From Octopus bimaculoides (lineage: Eukaryota), in contig NC_068981.1 of NCBI RefSeq assembly GCF_001194135.2, positions 132,501,279 to 132,540,609 on the forward strand: a DNA stretch of 39,331 nt, in the 5' to 3' direction. How positions within the stretch are numbered: position 1 is the first letter of the stretch; every line of letters begins with the position of its first letter. A program made the position numbers and the translations under genes. The notes beneath the pieces are model-generated. The model did no database searches. It was not told the DNA's origin and worked only from the letters and a program-made list of their open reading frames with translations. Shown in pieces: positions 23,205 through 33,425 of the stretch.

Positions 23205-23298
23205 TCTTTACATTCTGAGTTCAACTTTGCCTTACATCCTTTCAGGGTTGATAAATTAAGTACCAGATGCGTACTGGGGTTGATCTAATCGACTAGCT
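23205..23298 (+). mobile_element. Nin-domain-like SINE fragment
   Basis: CTGAGTTCAACTTTGCCTTACATCCTTTCAGGGTTGATAAATTAAGTACC. Confidence 0.75.
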
Positions 23299-23482
23299 CT
23301 TTTGCCGAACCACTAACTTCCAGGGGGGGATGAAATGCACTAGCATTGGTTGTCAAGCAATGTTGTGGGGACAAACACAAACATATGCACATACATATAT
23401 ATATATATGATGGGCTTCTTTCAGTTTCTGTCTACTAAATCCACTCACAAGGCTTTGGTCGGCCTGAGGCTATAGTAGAAAA
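23299..23482 (-). mobile_element. CORE-type SINE fragment
   Basis: Reverse complement aligns to 9810-9990. Confidence 0.8.
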
Positions 23483-24990
23483 CAGCCCTCAGCCCCCTCT
23501 TATTCATTATAGTCCTCCAGGCAATAGCAGAGGAATTCAAGACAGGCTGCCCCTAGGAGCTCCTCAATGCTGATGACCTTGCTCTAATAGCTGAGTCACA
23601 GCCAGAAAAGAGACAAAGTTTATGGTGTGGAAGCAAGGTCTAGAATTGAAGGGCTTTAGGGTTAACCTAGCAAAAACCAAAGTCTTAGTAAGTAGGAAGG
23701 CTGTAAAATCACAACCCCCTTCAGGTAGATGGCCCTGCTCGATCTGTAGAAAAGGCATGGGTAGAAACTCCATACAATGTACCCAGTGTAAGCTATGGAC
23801 ACATAAAAGGTGCAGCAATATCAAAGAAAGGTTAATTGGGAAAATAGTTTTTGTGTGTGACAGATGCACTGGGGCAATAAACACTGAAGAATTACAGAAA
23901 ACAGATTCAATCACATGCCAGGGGGAGAAACTAAAAGTAGTCAATAGTTTCCGCTACCGAGGCGACCAAGTCTGTAATGGGGATAGCTGCTCTGAGAGTG
24001 TAGTGACTAGAATAAGAATAGCCTAGACAAAGTTCAGGGAGCTCCTACCTCTGCTGGCAACTAGGGGCCTCTCGCTTAGGGTGAAAGGTAGACTGTATGA
24101 TGCATGTGTGTGAACTGCCATGCTACACGGCAGTGAAACATGGGCCATGAATACTGAGGACATGCGTAGGCTTAAAAGAAATGAAGCTAATATGATCCGC
24201 TGGAAGAGTTTATGTCAGTGTACATACATGACAGAGCGTAAGTACTCTGAGAGAAAAGTTGGGCATAAGCATCAAATGTGATATGCAAGAGAGGCGTCTG
24301 CACAGATATGGTCATGTGTTACATATGAACGAAGACAGCTGTGTGAGGAAGTGCCACTCCCTAACTGTAGGAGGAACCTGTGGAAGAGGTAGACCCAGGA
24401 AGACATGGGATGAGATGGTGAAACACGACCTTTGAACATTGGGCCTTTGGAGATATGCTGTGATTGAGAAGACCTGGCAACTAAAGTGAAATGGCAGCCA
24501 TGCATGTCTGGCCCTGTTAAGAATACCCCTGATGTGTCGGGTGATATGATATGCTTGAGAAGACCTGTTGAGTCAAGTAAAACTGTGGCCAGTACCCCGA
24601 CTGGCTCCTGTGCCGTTGGCATGTAAAAAGCATCATCCGATAATGGTCGGTGCCAGGTCTGCCTGACTGGATCCCATGCCAATGGCATGTAAAAAGCACC
24701 AACCGATCGTAGCTGATACCAGTACGCCCTGACTGGCTCTTGTGCCGGTGGCACATAAAAAGCACCATCCGAACGTGGTTGATGCCAGGCCCGCCTGACT
24801 GGCTCCTGTGCCAGTAACACATAAAAAGCACCCACTACACTCTTGGAGTGGTTGGTGTTCGGAAGGGCATCCAGCTGTAGAAACATTGCCAGATCAGATT
24901 GGAGCCTGGTACAGCCGCTGGCTCTCCAGATCTCAGTCAAATCGTCCAACCCATGCCAGTATGGAAAACGGATGTTAAACAATGATAATG
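23483..24990 (+). mobile_element. 5'-truncated RTE-clade LINE (RT C-terminal half plus 3' UTR)
   Basis: SALSPLLFIIV..ELLNADDLALIAES (YADD to NADD at 23566), GLELKGFRVNLAKTKV, V.SFRY.GD, RIRIA.*KFRELLPLL, LHGSETW, GRGRPRKTW. Stops present; 66-bp repeats 24599-24845; (GAT)n-like tail. Confidence 0.95.
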
Positions 24991-25081
24991 ATACAATTAA
25001 ACCTTGGGAGAGGCATTATGCCGGTAATAAACACACACTGGTTTAGTTCTTTATTAATTTACAAACAGTATATAGATTTTT

Positions 25082-25122
25082 GTTAAATAATTTCATTGCA
25101 CTCTTGCAATCTCTTCAGTAAC
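25082..25122 (-). ncRNA. Small degenerate hammerhead-like motif
   Basis: Minus strand: GUUA-CUGAAGA-G-AUUGCA-AGAG-UGCAAU-GAAAU-U-AUU-UAAC. Confidence 0.45.
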
Positions 25123-25617
25123 TTGTCTCTCCACTTCCATTTATTTTGAAATACACATACGAAAAATGATAATGATGATGATATATATATATATATATAN
25201 NNNNNNNNNNNNNNNNNNNNNNNNNNNNNNNNNNNNNNNNNNNNNNNNNNNNNNNNNNNNNNNNNNNNNNNNNNNNNNNNNNNNNNNNNNNNNNNNNNNN
25301 NNNNNNNNNNNNNNNNNNNNNNNNNNNNNNNNNNNNNNNNNNNNNNNNNNNNNNNNNNNNNNNNNNNNNNNNNNNNNNNNNNNNNNNNNNNNNNNNNNNN
25401 NNNNNNNNNNNNNNNNNNNNNNNNNNNNNNNNNNNNNNNNNNNNNNNNNNNNNNNNNNNNNNNNNNNNNNNNNNNNNNNNNNNNNNNNNNNNNNNNNNNN
25501 NNNNNNNNNNNNNNNNNNNNNNNNNNNNNNNNNNNNNNNNNNNNNNNNNNNNNNNNNNNNNNNNNNNNNNNNNNNNNNNNNNNNNNNNNNNNNNNNNNNN
25601 NNNNNNNNNNNNNNNNN

Positions 25618-26390
25618 AAAGGAAACCATTGGGCTGGTGGATTTCCAAGATATAGCCCCCTAGATCATTGCAGATCCTCCTCCATGTTTAACAGTTAGAA
25701 GAAGGCAGTCTGGGTCAAATGCTTCTTTTGGCTGTCTCCACATGTATACTTGGCTGGTGGTTGGAAATAAGATAAAGGATGACTCGTCCGAGAAAATAAC
25801 ATTCTTCCACTGCTCTAGGGACCAATTCTGTAGGTTTTTACTCCACACTAAACGCTTTGCAACGTTTGTTTTTGAAAGTAGTGGTTTTCTGATTGCAGCC
25901 CTCCTGTGAAATCTGGCTTTGTGCAACTCCCGGCGAACAGTTTTTGTGGAAACTGGGTTCTCAAGGTGGTCATTAAGCTCTGCAGTAATTCTGGGAGCTG
26001 TTCTTTTGTGATCCTTTCTAACAATTCGCATAAAAGTCTGACGGTCCCTATCTGAAAGTTTTGGTTTTCTTCCAGAGTTTTGTTTCTACAAGGATGTTCT
26101 TCCCTCTTTCTCAAAGGCTGTCAATACTTTTGAGACAAGCACCTGCCATACGAGCACCAACAATTTCACTTCTTTGAAAGTCCGAAAGATCTGTCATTTT
26201 AATGAATTTTAATTACCTTTTTCTGATAGTATCTGAAAAGAAACAGCAACTTTAGCAAAACATATTAAGGAACACTAATGATAAATTTAAAAAAAACATA
26301 AAAATAAACAAGCTTCTGACGGTTTTATAGATATTTCAAAATTATGATGCTGTGATGTTAAGTGTTTCCATTATTTTGCCCTAACCCCTG
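25618..26390 (-). mobile_element. Tc1-like transposon, 5' half (truncated by assembly gap)
   Basis: TA|CAGGGGTTAGGGCAAAATAATGGAAACAC 5' end; ATG at 26197 (MTDLSDFQRSEIVGAR); HTH region and WKNVIFSDES..TVKHGGGS (Tc1 DDE motifs); stops and deletions. Confidence 0.95.
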
Positions 26391-26402
26391 TATGAATGTT
26401 AA

Positions 26403-26631
26403 CCTTTTCAACCTGGAATTTTTTCTTAAGTCAGTAATGGTGGGGTTCTGTATGTATGTGAGCCATTTGAGCTGTCATTATAGTGTTATACACTCCGATT
26501 ATATGTCTTGGTGCTACACACCAGAAAAACTGGAGTGGTACTATACTGCATCACATAGAATAGGAATTTTAAAGATTTGGGTTGTAAAAATTTTTGACTG
26601 GTACAATTATGTACCAGCCAGACCGAAAGGG
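26403..26631. mobile_element. Possible TTAA-flanked MITE
   Basis: TTAA|CCTTTTC .. GAAAGGG|TTAA. The TIR match is short, so the pairing may be coincidental. Confidence 0.3.
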
Positions 26632-26848
26632 TTAAAGCAATGATGATGATGATGATGTATATTAAAGGGTGAATGCCATCAAGCTGATATATGGAAACTA
26701 AACTTTCGTTGATAACCTTTATCCCACCTAGGTATGGGACTCTCATCATCATCACTGTATTGCCACCTGTGAGGATGAACAAGCAAGTCATCCCCAGAAA
26801 TATTTTAACTTAGATTAGGAATGAACTGAATGAGACATCAAAGAGATA

Positions 26849-27195
26849 AGTACAGGAGTGGCTGTGTGGTAAGAAGCTTGCCTTCCCAACCACATAGTTC
26901 CGAGTTCAGTCCCACTGCGTGACACCTTTGGCCAACCAAAGCCTTGAGTGAATTTGGTGGACAGAAACTGAAAGAAGCCCATATATATATGGGTGTGTGT
27001 GTGTGTGTGTGTGTGCATGTGTGTGTATGTTTGTGCGTTTACATCCCTGTAACTTAGTGAATCGGCAAAAGAGACCGATAGAATAAATACAAGGCTTACA
27101 AAGAATAAGTCCTGGGGATCGATTCATTTGACTAAAGGTGGTGCTCCAGCATGGCCGCAGTCAAATGACTGAAACAAGTAAAAGAATAAAAAAGA
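26849..27195 (+). mobile_element. CORE-type SINE with internal deletions
   Basis: Aligns to 9716-10116. Confidence 0.85.
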
Positions 27196-27289
27196 ATCTT
27201 CTGTCCCTGTCAATTTCAATTATGATGACAATAATTCATAATTCACATTTTAAATCCTAGATTTAGAAAGAAATCAACTTGGACGGTCT

Positions 27290-27527
27290 TCATTATCAGT
27301 CTTTTCATTAGTTTTTCATTAGCTTTTCATTAATTTTTCATTAGTCTTTCATCAGATTTTTTTTTTTTTTCATTAGTTTGTTTTTCAACAGCTTCTCTTT
27401 AGTCTTTGATTAGCTTTTCATTAATCTTTCATTAGTTTTCATTACTCTTTCATTAGTTTTCATTACCCTTTCATTATTTTTTTCATTGGTATTCCTTAGT
27501 TTTAATTAATTTTTCATTAGTTTTTCA
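27290..27527. repeat. Degenerate 12-bp minisatellite (TTTTCATTAGNT)n
   Basis: Roughly 20 imperfect TTTCATTA-containing units. Confidence 0.85.
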
Positions 27528-27614
27528 TGTGGCAAAACTCTGTGATCTTGGATTTGTTTTTCCGGACACTTTAATGGATGTGCCTAAATCAAATACAAGT
27601 GAATATCAGCAGAT

Positions 27615-28358
27615 GTTGGACTTAGGAAGCACCAACAAGTTGGAATTTCTCCGTTTTGACAGGGATTTTCCAAATTTTTTTTCCATGGTGCCTTTGAAAA
27701 TGCTCTGGGCATTTTAGCAAAAAAAAAAAAAAAAAAATTNNNNNNNNNNACTGAGTACAATGATTTTGTTGGGCACTACGCACTTGAAAACTATAAGAGA
27801 AGCCTTTTTGGTAAAAAAAAAAAGAAAAAAAAAAGTAACTATTTCCAGATGCAAAAGTGTGTGATTAAAGAGAAATTTGGCTATTGTTTCAAGCATATCT
27901 CATGACCACCTTCCTCCTTTCTCTCTCACTTGGACAAGTATTGATGGTTTTCAATATTTTATCATTAATAGCATAAACTCATTTAAGCTATTAAAAAATT
28001 CATTTTGAAGATTTTTCATTTTTATCAATCCTAAACCTTACCGGCCATGGGATATGCTAGAAACAACAGCCAAATCTCCCTTAAATCACAACCCTTTCGT
28101 CTGAAAATATTTCTCTCCTTTTTTTTGTGTAACTAAAATGACTTTTCTTGTAGTTTTTAAGTGCATAGTGTTCACAAAACCGACCAAAATGGTCCAGAGA
28201 GGGGAAGATGGGGAGGGGGGACCCATAATTCTTCGGAATTCTTTTTTTGCTAAAAAGATAGCACAGAGCATTTCCAAGGGCACCGTGAAAAAAAAAAAAT
28301 CTGAAAATCCTTGCGAAAACGGAGAAATTCCAACTTGTTAGTGCTTCTTAAGTCCGAC
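27615..28358. mobile_element. Two copies of one dispersed element in inverted orientation (27615-27911 +, 28036-28358 -)
   Basis: Shared GGACTTA.GAAGCAC.AACAAGTTGGAATTTCTCCGTTTT and GTGATT.AAG.GA.ATTTGGCT.TTGTTTC.AGCATATC modules. Confidence 0.8.
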
Positions 28359-29912
28359 TAAATATCTTTTCTTTTGATATGACTTCAAAATAATATTCAT
28401 GTGTGTAAATAGTTTTATGACAAAGGGGTTCTCATTTGTCTAATTTGCGCCTGTATGTACATGTTAGGGCTTCAAATGGTAAAGATGTGGATGGGAAAAA
28501 TGTGGGTAAACGATGATGTGCTAGCAACCCTCTCCCCTAACTATTTTACAAAGTAAACAACAACACAAATAACTACGCAGAAGCAGCCGTGGTAAAAACA
28601 AGAACAAGCATGGTCATTCCTTACCCAAGTGACCTTATCTTATCGCCCATCACTTGTTATGCGCTCATAAATTAGTTTGATAGTACCATGTGCTCATTAG
28701 TCTACATTTTCAGTTTCTCTGCTTGTGAAAGTTTTAAAAAATTATACCTGTAAGGGCACCAAAGTTCAGCTTGCCCTAGGGTCGGCCCTGCATGTATGTG
28801 AATAATGTAAGCAAATATGTGGCTCGAGAGGGGGAAGAATTTCATCCGAACCTGTAGACTCATTCATTCTACAGTTACAAATGTGATATTAGATTTAATC
28901 AGAAAAAGCGATACTTTTGCAGCCTTCAAAGATCACTAATACAATTAAAACCTTTAACCTGGAGGTAGATTCTGTCGATTTTATTACCAGAAAAAAATTT
29001 AATACAAATAAAATAAAAAATCAAGAACAAAACAAAACAAGGTTTCCAAGTTAAACTGAAAGGCCATTGGTTTATATCTGCCAACAAGCCCAAAATATTT
29101 ATGTCGTAAAAAGCTATGAATGTTCCCTGTATCTAAGACCTGAATAGCCCAGTATCAATAGCTAAGAGTAGGTACAACTCACTGCGAGAGGCAACACCAC
29201 ATCTACCTGTACACTCGACAAAAGGTTTTGTTAGCTTAAATTCTTTATTGCCTACCAGAGGCCAACACAGAGGAGGACAATAAACTGTGGGGTCACGGAT
29301 GATTATTATATTAAAATGATGATATAATAAAAATTTACGACATAAATCGGATAAAACAACACAATGGGACGGGAACTGGGTTCAGCTTCGACCCCGCAAA
29401 CCCCGGTCCGCCACTGAAGCCTTGCCTTACTTCTATGGCTTACAAGGTTTTGTTAGCTTGCAAGTGAAATTTAATATCAGGAATTATATACAAAATTACA
29501 CCGGTAAAACGCGTGAGTGGCATGAATGTTTCCATTATACATTACTGTTTTCTGTATGCAGGATGGGACCACAACATCTAATCGTAATAAAATCCACTTT
29601 TATTGTTTTACTTTTCACTCTGTATTTGTCGGAACTGAAAAAAGAAGACTGATGGGAAAGGAAAGGGATAATAATTTCCTTAATTCAATGTTTTTAATAT
29701 TCTGTTTTCATACAACAGAAACCGCGATTCTAATTTTCTGTTTTTTTCCCCCACGTTTTGGCCATATGCTTGCATTTCCATTTCCTTTCTCATGGGACTT
29801 CGGCCCGAATGAACGGGTCACTCTTTGTATTTACATGTTAGTCTGAGAACATAACTTGAAAACATTTGCCCTCGGAAGACAGCAATTCTAGATTTTTTTT
29901 TTTTTTTCTTGG

Positions 29913-30131
29913 AATTTTCAGAAAATTTTTGCGTATTTGTGTTCTACACACAGAAATTCATACGATTTTGCGCTTCACCAAAACTTTTTGGTGTGTGATT
30001 TAAGGGCTATTTAGCGAGCATTGCTAAATTTTATTTAGCAATGTTTCATTTATGGTAAACGAAACATTGTCTTTTTTTCTGTGTGAATTCCTGTTAGTAG
30101 AATACAAAATCGCAAGCATTTTCTAAAAATT
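29913..30131. mobile_element. MITE-like inverted repeat (51-bp arms, about 80% complementary) with internal hairpins
   Basis: 29913-29963 versus 30081-30131. Perfect 11-bp hairpin at 30019-30043. Confidence 0.7.
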
Positions 30132-30149
30132 ACAAAGAATGAATAAGTT

Positions 30150-30480
30150 ACGAGGGGTTATATGGTGCGCTTAAAGCAGAATTTCGCCCTGAGGTACATT
30201 GTTTGGCTCTGAATGGATTTCATTCGGGTTAAACGTAGTACTTACATTTTTTCCGCAATCGATTCTGCGCAAACCCCCTATGATTTTTGTAATTTATCCT
30301 TGTGATGTTCCCTTGCCGTTAGTATTGTGGCAAATAAAAGTATGATAAAATCCATAGAGCAATATAAGTAAATACATTACCGCAATATATTAAGTTAAAC
30401 GTTTACGTTTAATTACTGCTTGCGCGCCAAACATGTATCGATGTTGGAACAATTATTTTATATTTTACTCACTCTTTCTA
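30150..30480. promoter_or_regulatory. CpG-enriched putative (bidirectional) promoter
   Basis: Visibly CpG-rich non-repetitive segment. It lies between a minus-strand GTAAGT donor (30245-30240) and a plus-strand CAG|GTAAAT donor (30516), immediately upstream of the transporter. Confidence 0.55.
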
Positions 30481-30515
30481 GGAGCTGAAAAAAAAAAGTT
30501 GATCGAAGTTTTCAG
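30460..30515 (+). other. Putative non-coding 5' UTR exon of the SLC7 gene (start approximate)
   Basis: Donor CAG|GTAAAT at 30515/30516. The downstream intron ends at the strong acceptor TTTGTTTTACTACAG (30915). Confidence 0.5.
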
Positions 30516-30957
30516 GTAAATTTTCTTTTTCATTTTGATTTACATATTTACATTAACATATTCTTTGTTTTGGAAAGCTAAAAGCGAAATAGTTTGGTAT
30601 TCGACAATAACTTCTCCCGCGTCTTTCTTATAGACTCCTACAAATGCTTCGCCTCCCAGCTTTGTCTATTTACTTTTTAAAACCCTCTCTTATTCAGTTT
30701 TACTCTCTTCTCTATCTCTTCCTGCTTCTTTTTCAACACGATCAACAGCATGCCACAACTATTTACTACTACTGCTACTTCATTCCTAATGTGTTAGGGA
30801 CATAGCAGCTACAGACGATGGTTTTATTTTGTTTAACATGCATTTCTCTCTCTCTTAATAAACCTTTTATTCCTTCGACATACGACTGCTTTATCACCCA
30901 TTTGTTTTACTACAGTTGCGACACGTATACGGATTTTACTACGATCGGAGGTTAAGA

Positions 30958-31477
30958 ATGATAAACGGAAAGCCAGTCACCGCTATCAATGGTTACAGCG
31001 GTGGCGGAGCTGTTGCTGGTTTTGGTCAAGCAGACGGAAGCGATGGAGACAATGATTCTTCGGAACCGATTAAACTAAAGAAAGAACTTGGACTTCTCCA
31101 TGGCTGTACCTTCATTATTGGAATTGTTGTTGGCTCCGGCATCTTCGTTTCACCGAAAGGTGTATTACTCGAAGCCGGTTCGCCTGGTTTATCTGTTATA
31201 GTATGGACAATGTGCGGTATGATGGCATTGGTTGGAGCCATGTGCTATGCAGAACTAGGCACGTGTATTCCCGACTCCGGAGCCGATTACGCTTACATCA
31301 AAGAAATCTACGGAGGACTGCCGGCTTTCCTTTATCTTTGGGTTGCAAACGTTATCATTATACCGACTGGTAATGCTATCACAGCATTTACTTTTGCCAG
31401 TTATATACTGAATCCATTATTTCCCGATTGCGGTCCTCCGAAAATTGCTGTGACTGTATTGGGCGCAACGTGTGTAG
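30958..31477 (+). CDS. First coding exon of an SLC7 light-chain (LAT/y+LAT/b0,+AT-type) heteromeric amino acid transporter; the gene continues beyond the window
   Basis: MINGK..LKKELGLLHGCTFIIGIVVGSGIFVSPKGVL..CYAELGT..SGADYAYI..LPAFLYLW..FPDCGPP. Exon 30916-31477, acceptor CTACAG, phase-1 donor G|GTAAGT at 31478. The Cys in FPDC corresponds to the SLC3-linking cysteine. The paralog cannot be assigned by eye. Confidence 0.95.
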
Positions 31478-31555
31478 GTAAGTAACATTTTCTGCTGTTA
31501 TATTTTCGTTTTATATTATTTATATGCCAATCAAAATATACACGTGTGTACATAA

Positions 31556-31597
<42 letters not shown>

Positions 31598-31655
31598 CAA
31601 AATAACTCCTTATATTGAACTCTATTATTTCCCTCTATGTGACCATCTCACATCC

Positions 31656-31701
31656 TCTCTGATGAAGGGATATCCCTAATATCCCAGAAACAGCTGTAAG
31701 A
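31656..31701 (+). ncRNA. Minimal type I hammerhead ribozyme motif, intact core, in the SLC7 intron (sense)
   Basis: UCU-CUGAUGA-A-GGGAUAU-CCCUA-AUAUCCC-A-GAAAC-AGCU-GUA-AGA, with palindromic stem III ACAGCUGU. Confidence 0.75.
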
Positions 31702-32439
31702 CTAACTTTCTTTTTATAAATGTTCCGAAAATTCCCCACAGCCTTCGCTTTGTTGTCTCATTTTATTTAACATATGTATATGGTAAACCTATATATTTCC
31801 GCTTCTTTGTCAGTTAGTATAACTCAGGTTTACTTTTCTCACCTCCTCTTTCAGATTTTGCTCTTAGCTTTTATGACTCTAACGTGCTATTCCATGATCA
31901 TGCCACCTTCTGCCAGGTTGGAACCTTGCTTATTCCACTCCCAGTTGTATTTTTTAGAGTCTCTCTCTCTCTCGCTATCTCTCTCTCTCTCTCTCTCTCT
32001 CTTTCATTTCATCCTTATCGATATACGCATGGTCACCTTGGTTACAAAGACAAAAAAGATACGTTAAAAAGAAGCAGTAAACTTGGTTATGAAATTAATA
32101 AAGGGATCTGTTGACCACAGCTGAGAGGAGAAAAATATACAACAAAATAAGACGCGCAGCTACTAGTGTAGTCAACAGTGGTGGAATGAATCCCAGTGAC
32201 TGGTGTTGCAAAAAGGGCTAGATTAAGATCCTGTGGGGTCCCGAGAAACTTCACTTTTGTAAAATCAAAATACACAGCAAATCACTAAATTCACATGTGT
32301 TTTGTTACATGCAATTGTAATTGGCCATACAAAGTTTTAATACAAGGAAGGTGGGGGGACCCAGTTATACATCGGGGATACGAAAGGGGCCTCTTGTCAA
32401 GGGTGCTTGGAGCAATTGCTCCTTTTACCTTCCTTTTAA

Positions 32440-32573
32440 ATCAGTCCTGCAGTATCATCATCAATTGCTATAAGGGCAAAGGTGATGCTGTAGAAAGAAG
32501 CATAAAACTGACGGACCAAATTATGAATATATTAGAAAGAGTTGTAGCACAACTAATTAGGAAAGAAATTTAA
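32440..32573 (+). pseudogene. RTE-type RT N-terminal fragment
   Basis: IIINCYKGKGDAVERSIKLTDQIMNILERV resembles the KGKGD..NYRGIKL..MKILER motif with a deletion. Confidence 0.75.
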
Positions 32574-32575
32574 TT

Positions 32576-32710
32576 AGGCGCAGGTATGGTTGTGTGGTAA
32601 GAAGTTTGCTTCCCAACCACGTAGTTTCAGGTTCAGTCCCACTGTATGACAGGCACCTTAGACGAATGCCCCAAGCTAACCAAAACCTGTGGTAGATGGA
32701 AACTGAAAGG
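32576..32710 (+). mobile_element. CORE-type SINE head fragment
   Basis: AGGCGCAGGTATGGTTGTGTGGTAAGAAG..CAGGTTCAGTCCCACTG. Confidence 0.75.
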
Positions 32711-32754
32711 AGTGGATCATGTGCATGTGGATATATATATATATATATGTGTGT

Positions 32755-33098
32755 GGAGGCGCAATGGCCCAGTGGTTAGGGCAGCGGACTCGCAGTCATA
32801 GGATCGCGGTTTCAATTCCTAGACCAGGCGTTGTGAGTTTATTGAGCGAAAACACCTAAAGCTCCAGCAGGGGATGGTGGCGAACCCTGCTGTACTCTTT
32901 CACCACAACTTTCTCTTACTCTTTCTTCCTGCTTCTGTTGTACCTATATTGCAGGTCAGGCTTAATATCCCCGAGAACTACGTTAAGGGTACACGTGTCT
33001 GTGGAATGCTCAGCCACTTGCACGTTAATTTCACGAGCAGGCTGTTCTGTTGATTGGATCAACTGGAACCCTTGATGTCGTAAGCGACAGGGTGCCAA

Positions 33099-33100
<2 letters not shown>
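32755..33100 (+). mobile_element. Third tRNA-derived SINE family
   Basis: A-box TGGCCCAGTGG (32765-32775) and B-box-like GGTTTCAATTCC (32808-32819); body unrelated to the other two SINEs; ends at (TA)n. Confidence 0.75.
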
Positions 33101-33152
<52 letters not shown>

Positions 33153-33189
33153 TTGTGTGTGTGTGAATATATATATGTGTGTGTGTGTC

Positions 33190-33425
33190 ATTGCCTCCTT
33201 GCCTTGACTTCATGTGAGTTGTAAACAAGTGTCATCATGATGCAAAGAGTATCATTCATTTCCTTCTTCCATGAAAATATATCGGTTCTCAGGGAAATAT
33301 TACCTTACTTGGAAACAGGTATGCCTTGGTTATAAGAAGGGCATCTGGTCACAGAAAACCTGTCTCAGTAAACTCCATTTGATCCATATAAACATGAAAA
33401 AGTGGACATTAAAACAACGATGATG
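33190..33425 (+). mobile_element. SINE 3' portion with RTE-like tail
   Basis: Same module as 7240-7490. Confidence 0.6.

Noticed and set aside
24599-24845. Regularly spaced repeats resembling a CRISPR array
   Set aside because: The whole 66-bp unit is repeated with no unique spacers, it lies in a LINE 3' UTR, and there are no cas genes in this eukaryotic context.
28760-28790. hAT-like terminus (reverse complement CAGGGCCGACCCTAGGG)
   Set aside because: No partner TIR or TSD was found.
32755-32825. tRNA gene candidates (also SINE heads at 9716, 22248 and the segment at 13160)
   Set aside because: No complete cloverleaf or acceptor stem; these are tRNA-derived repeat heads.
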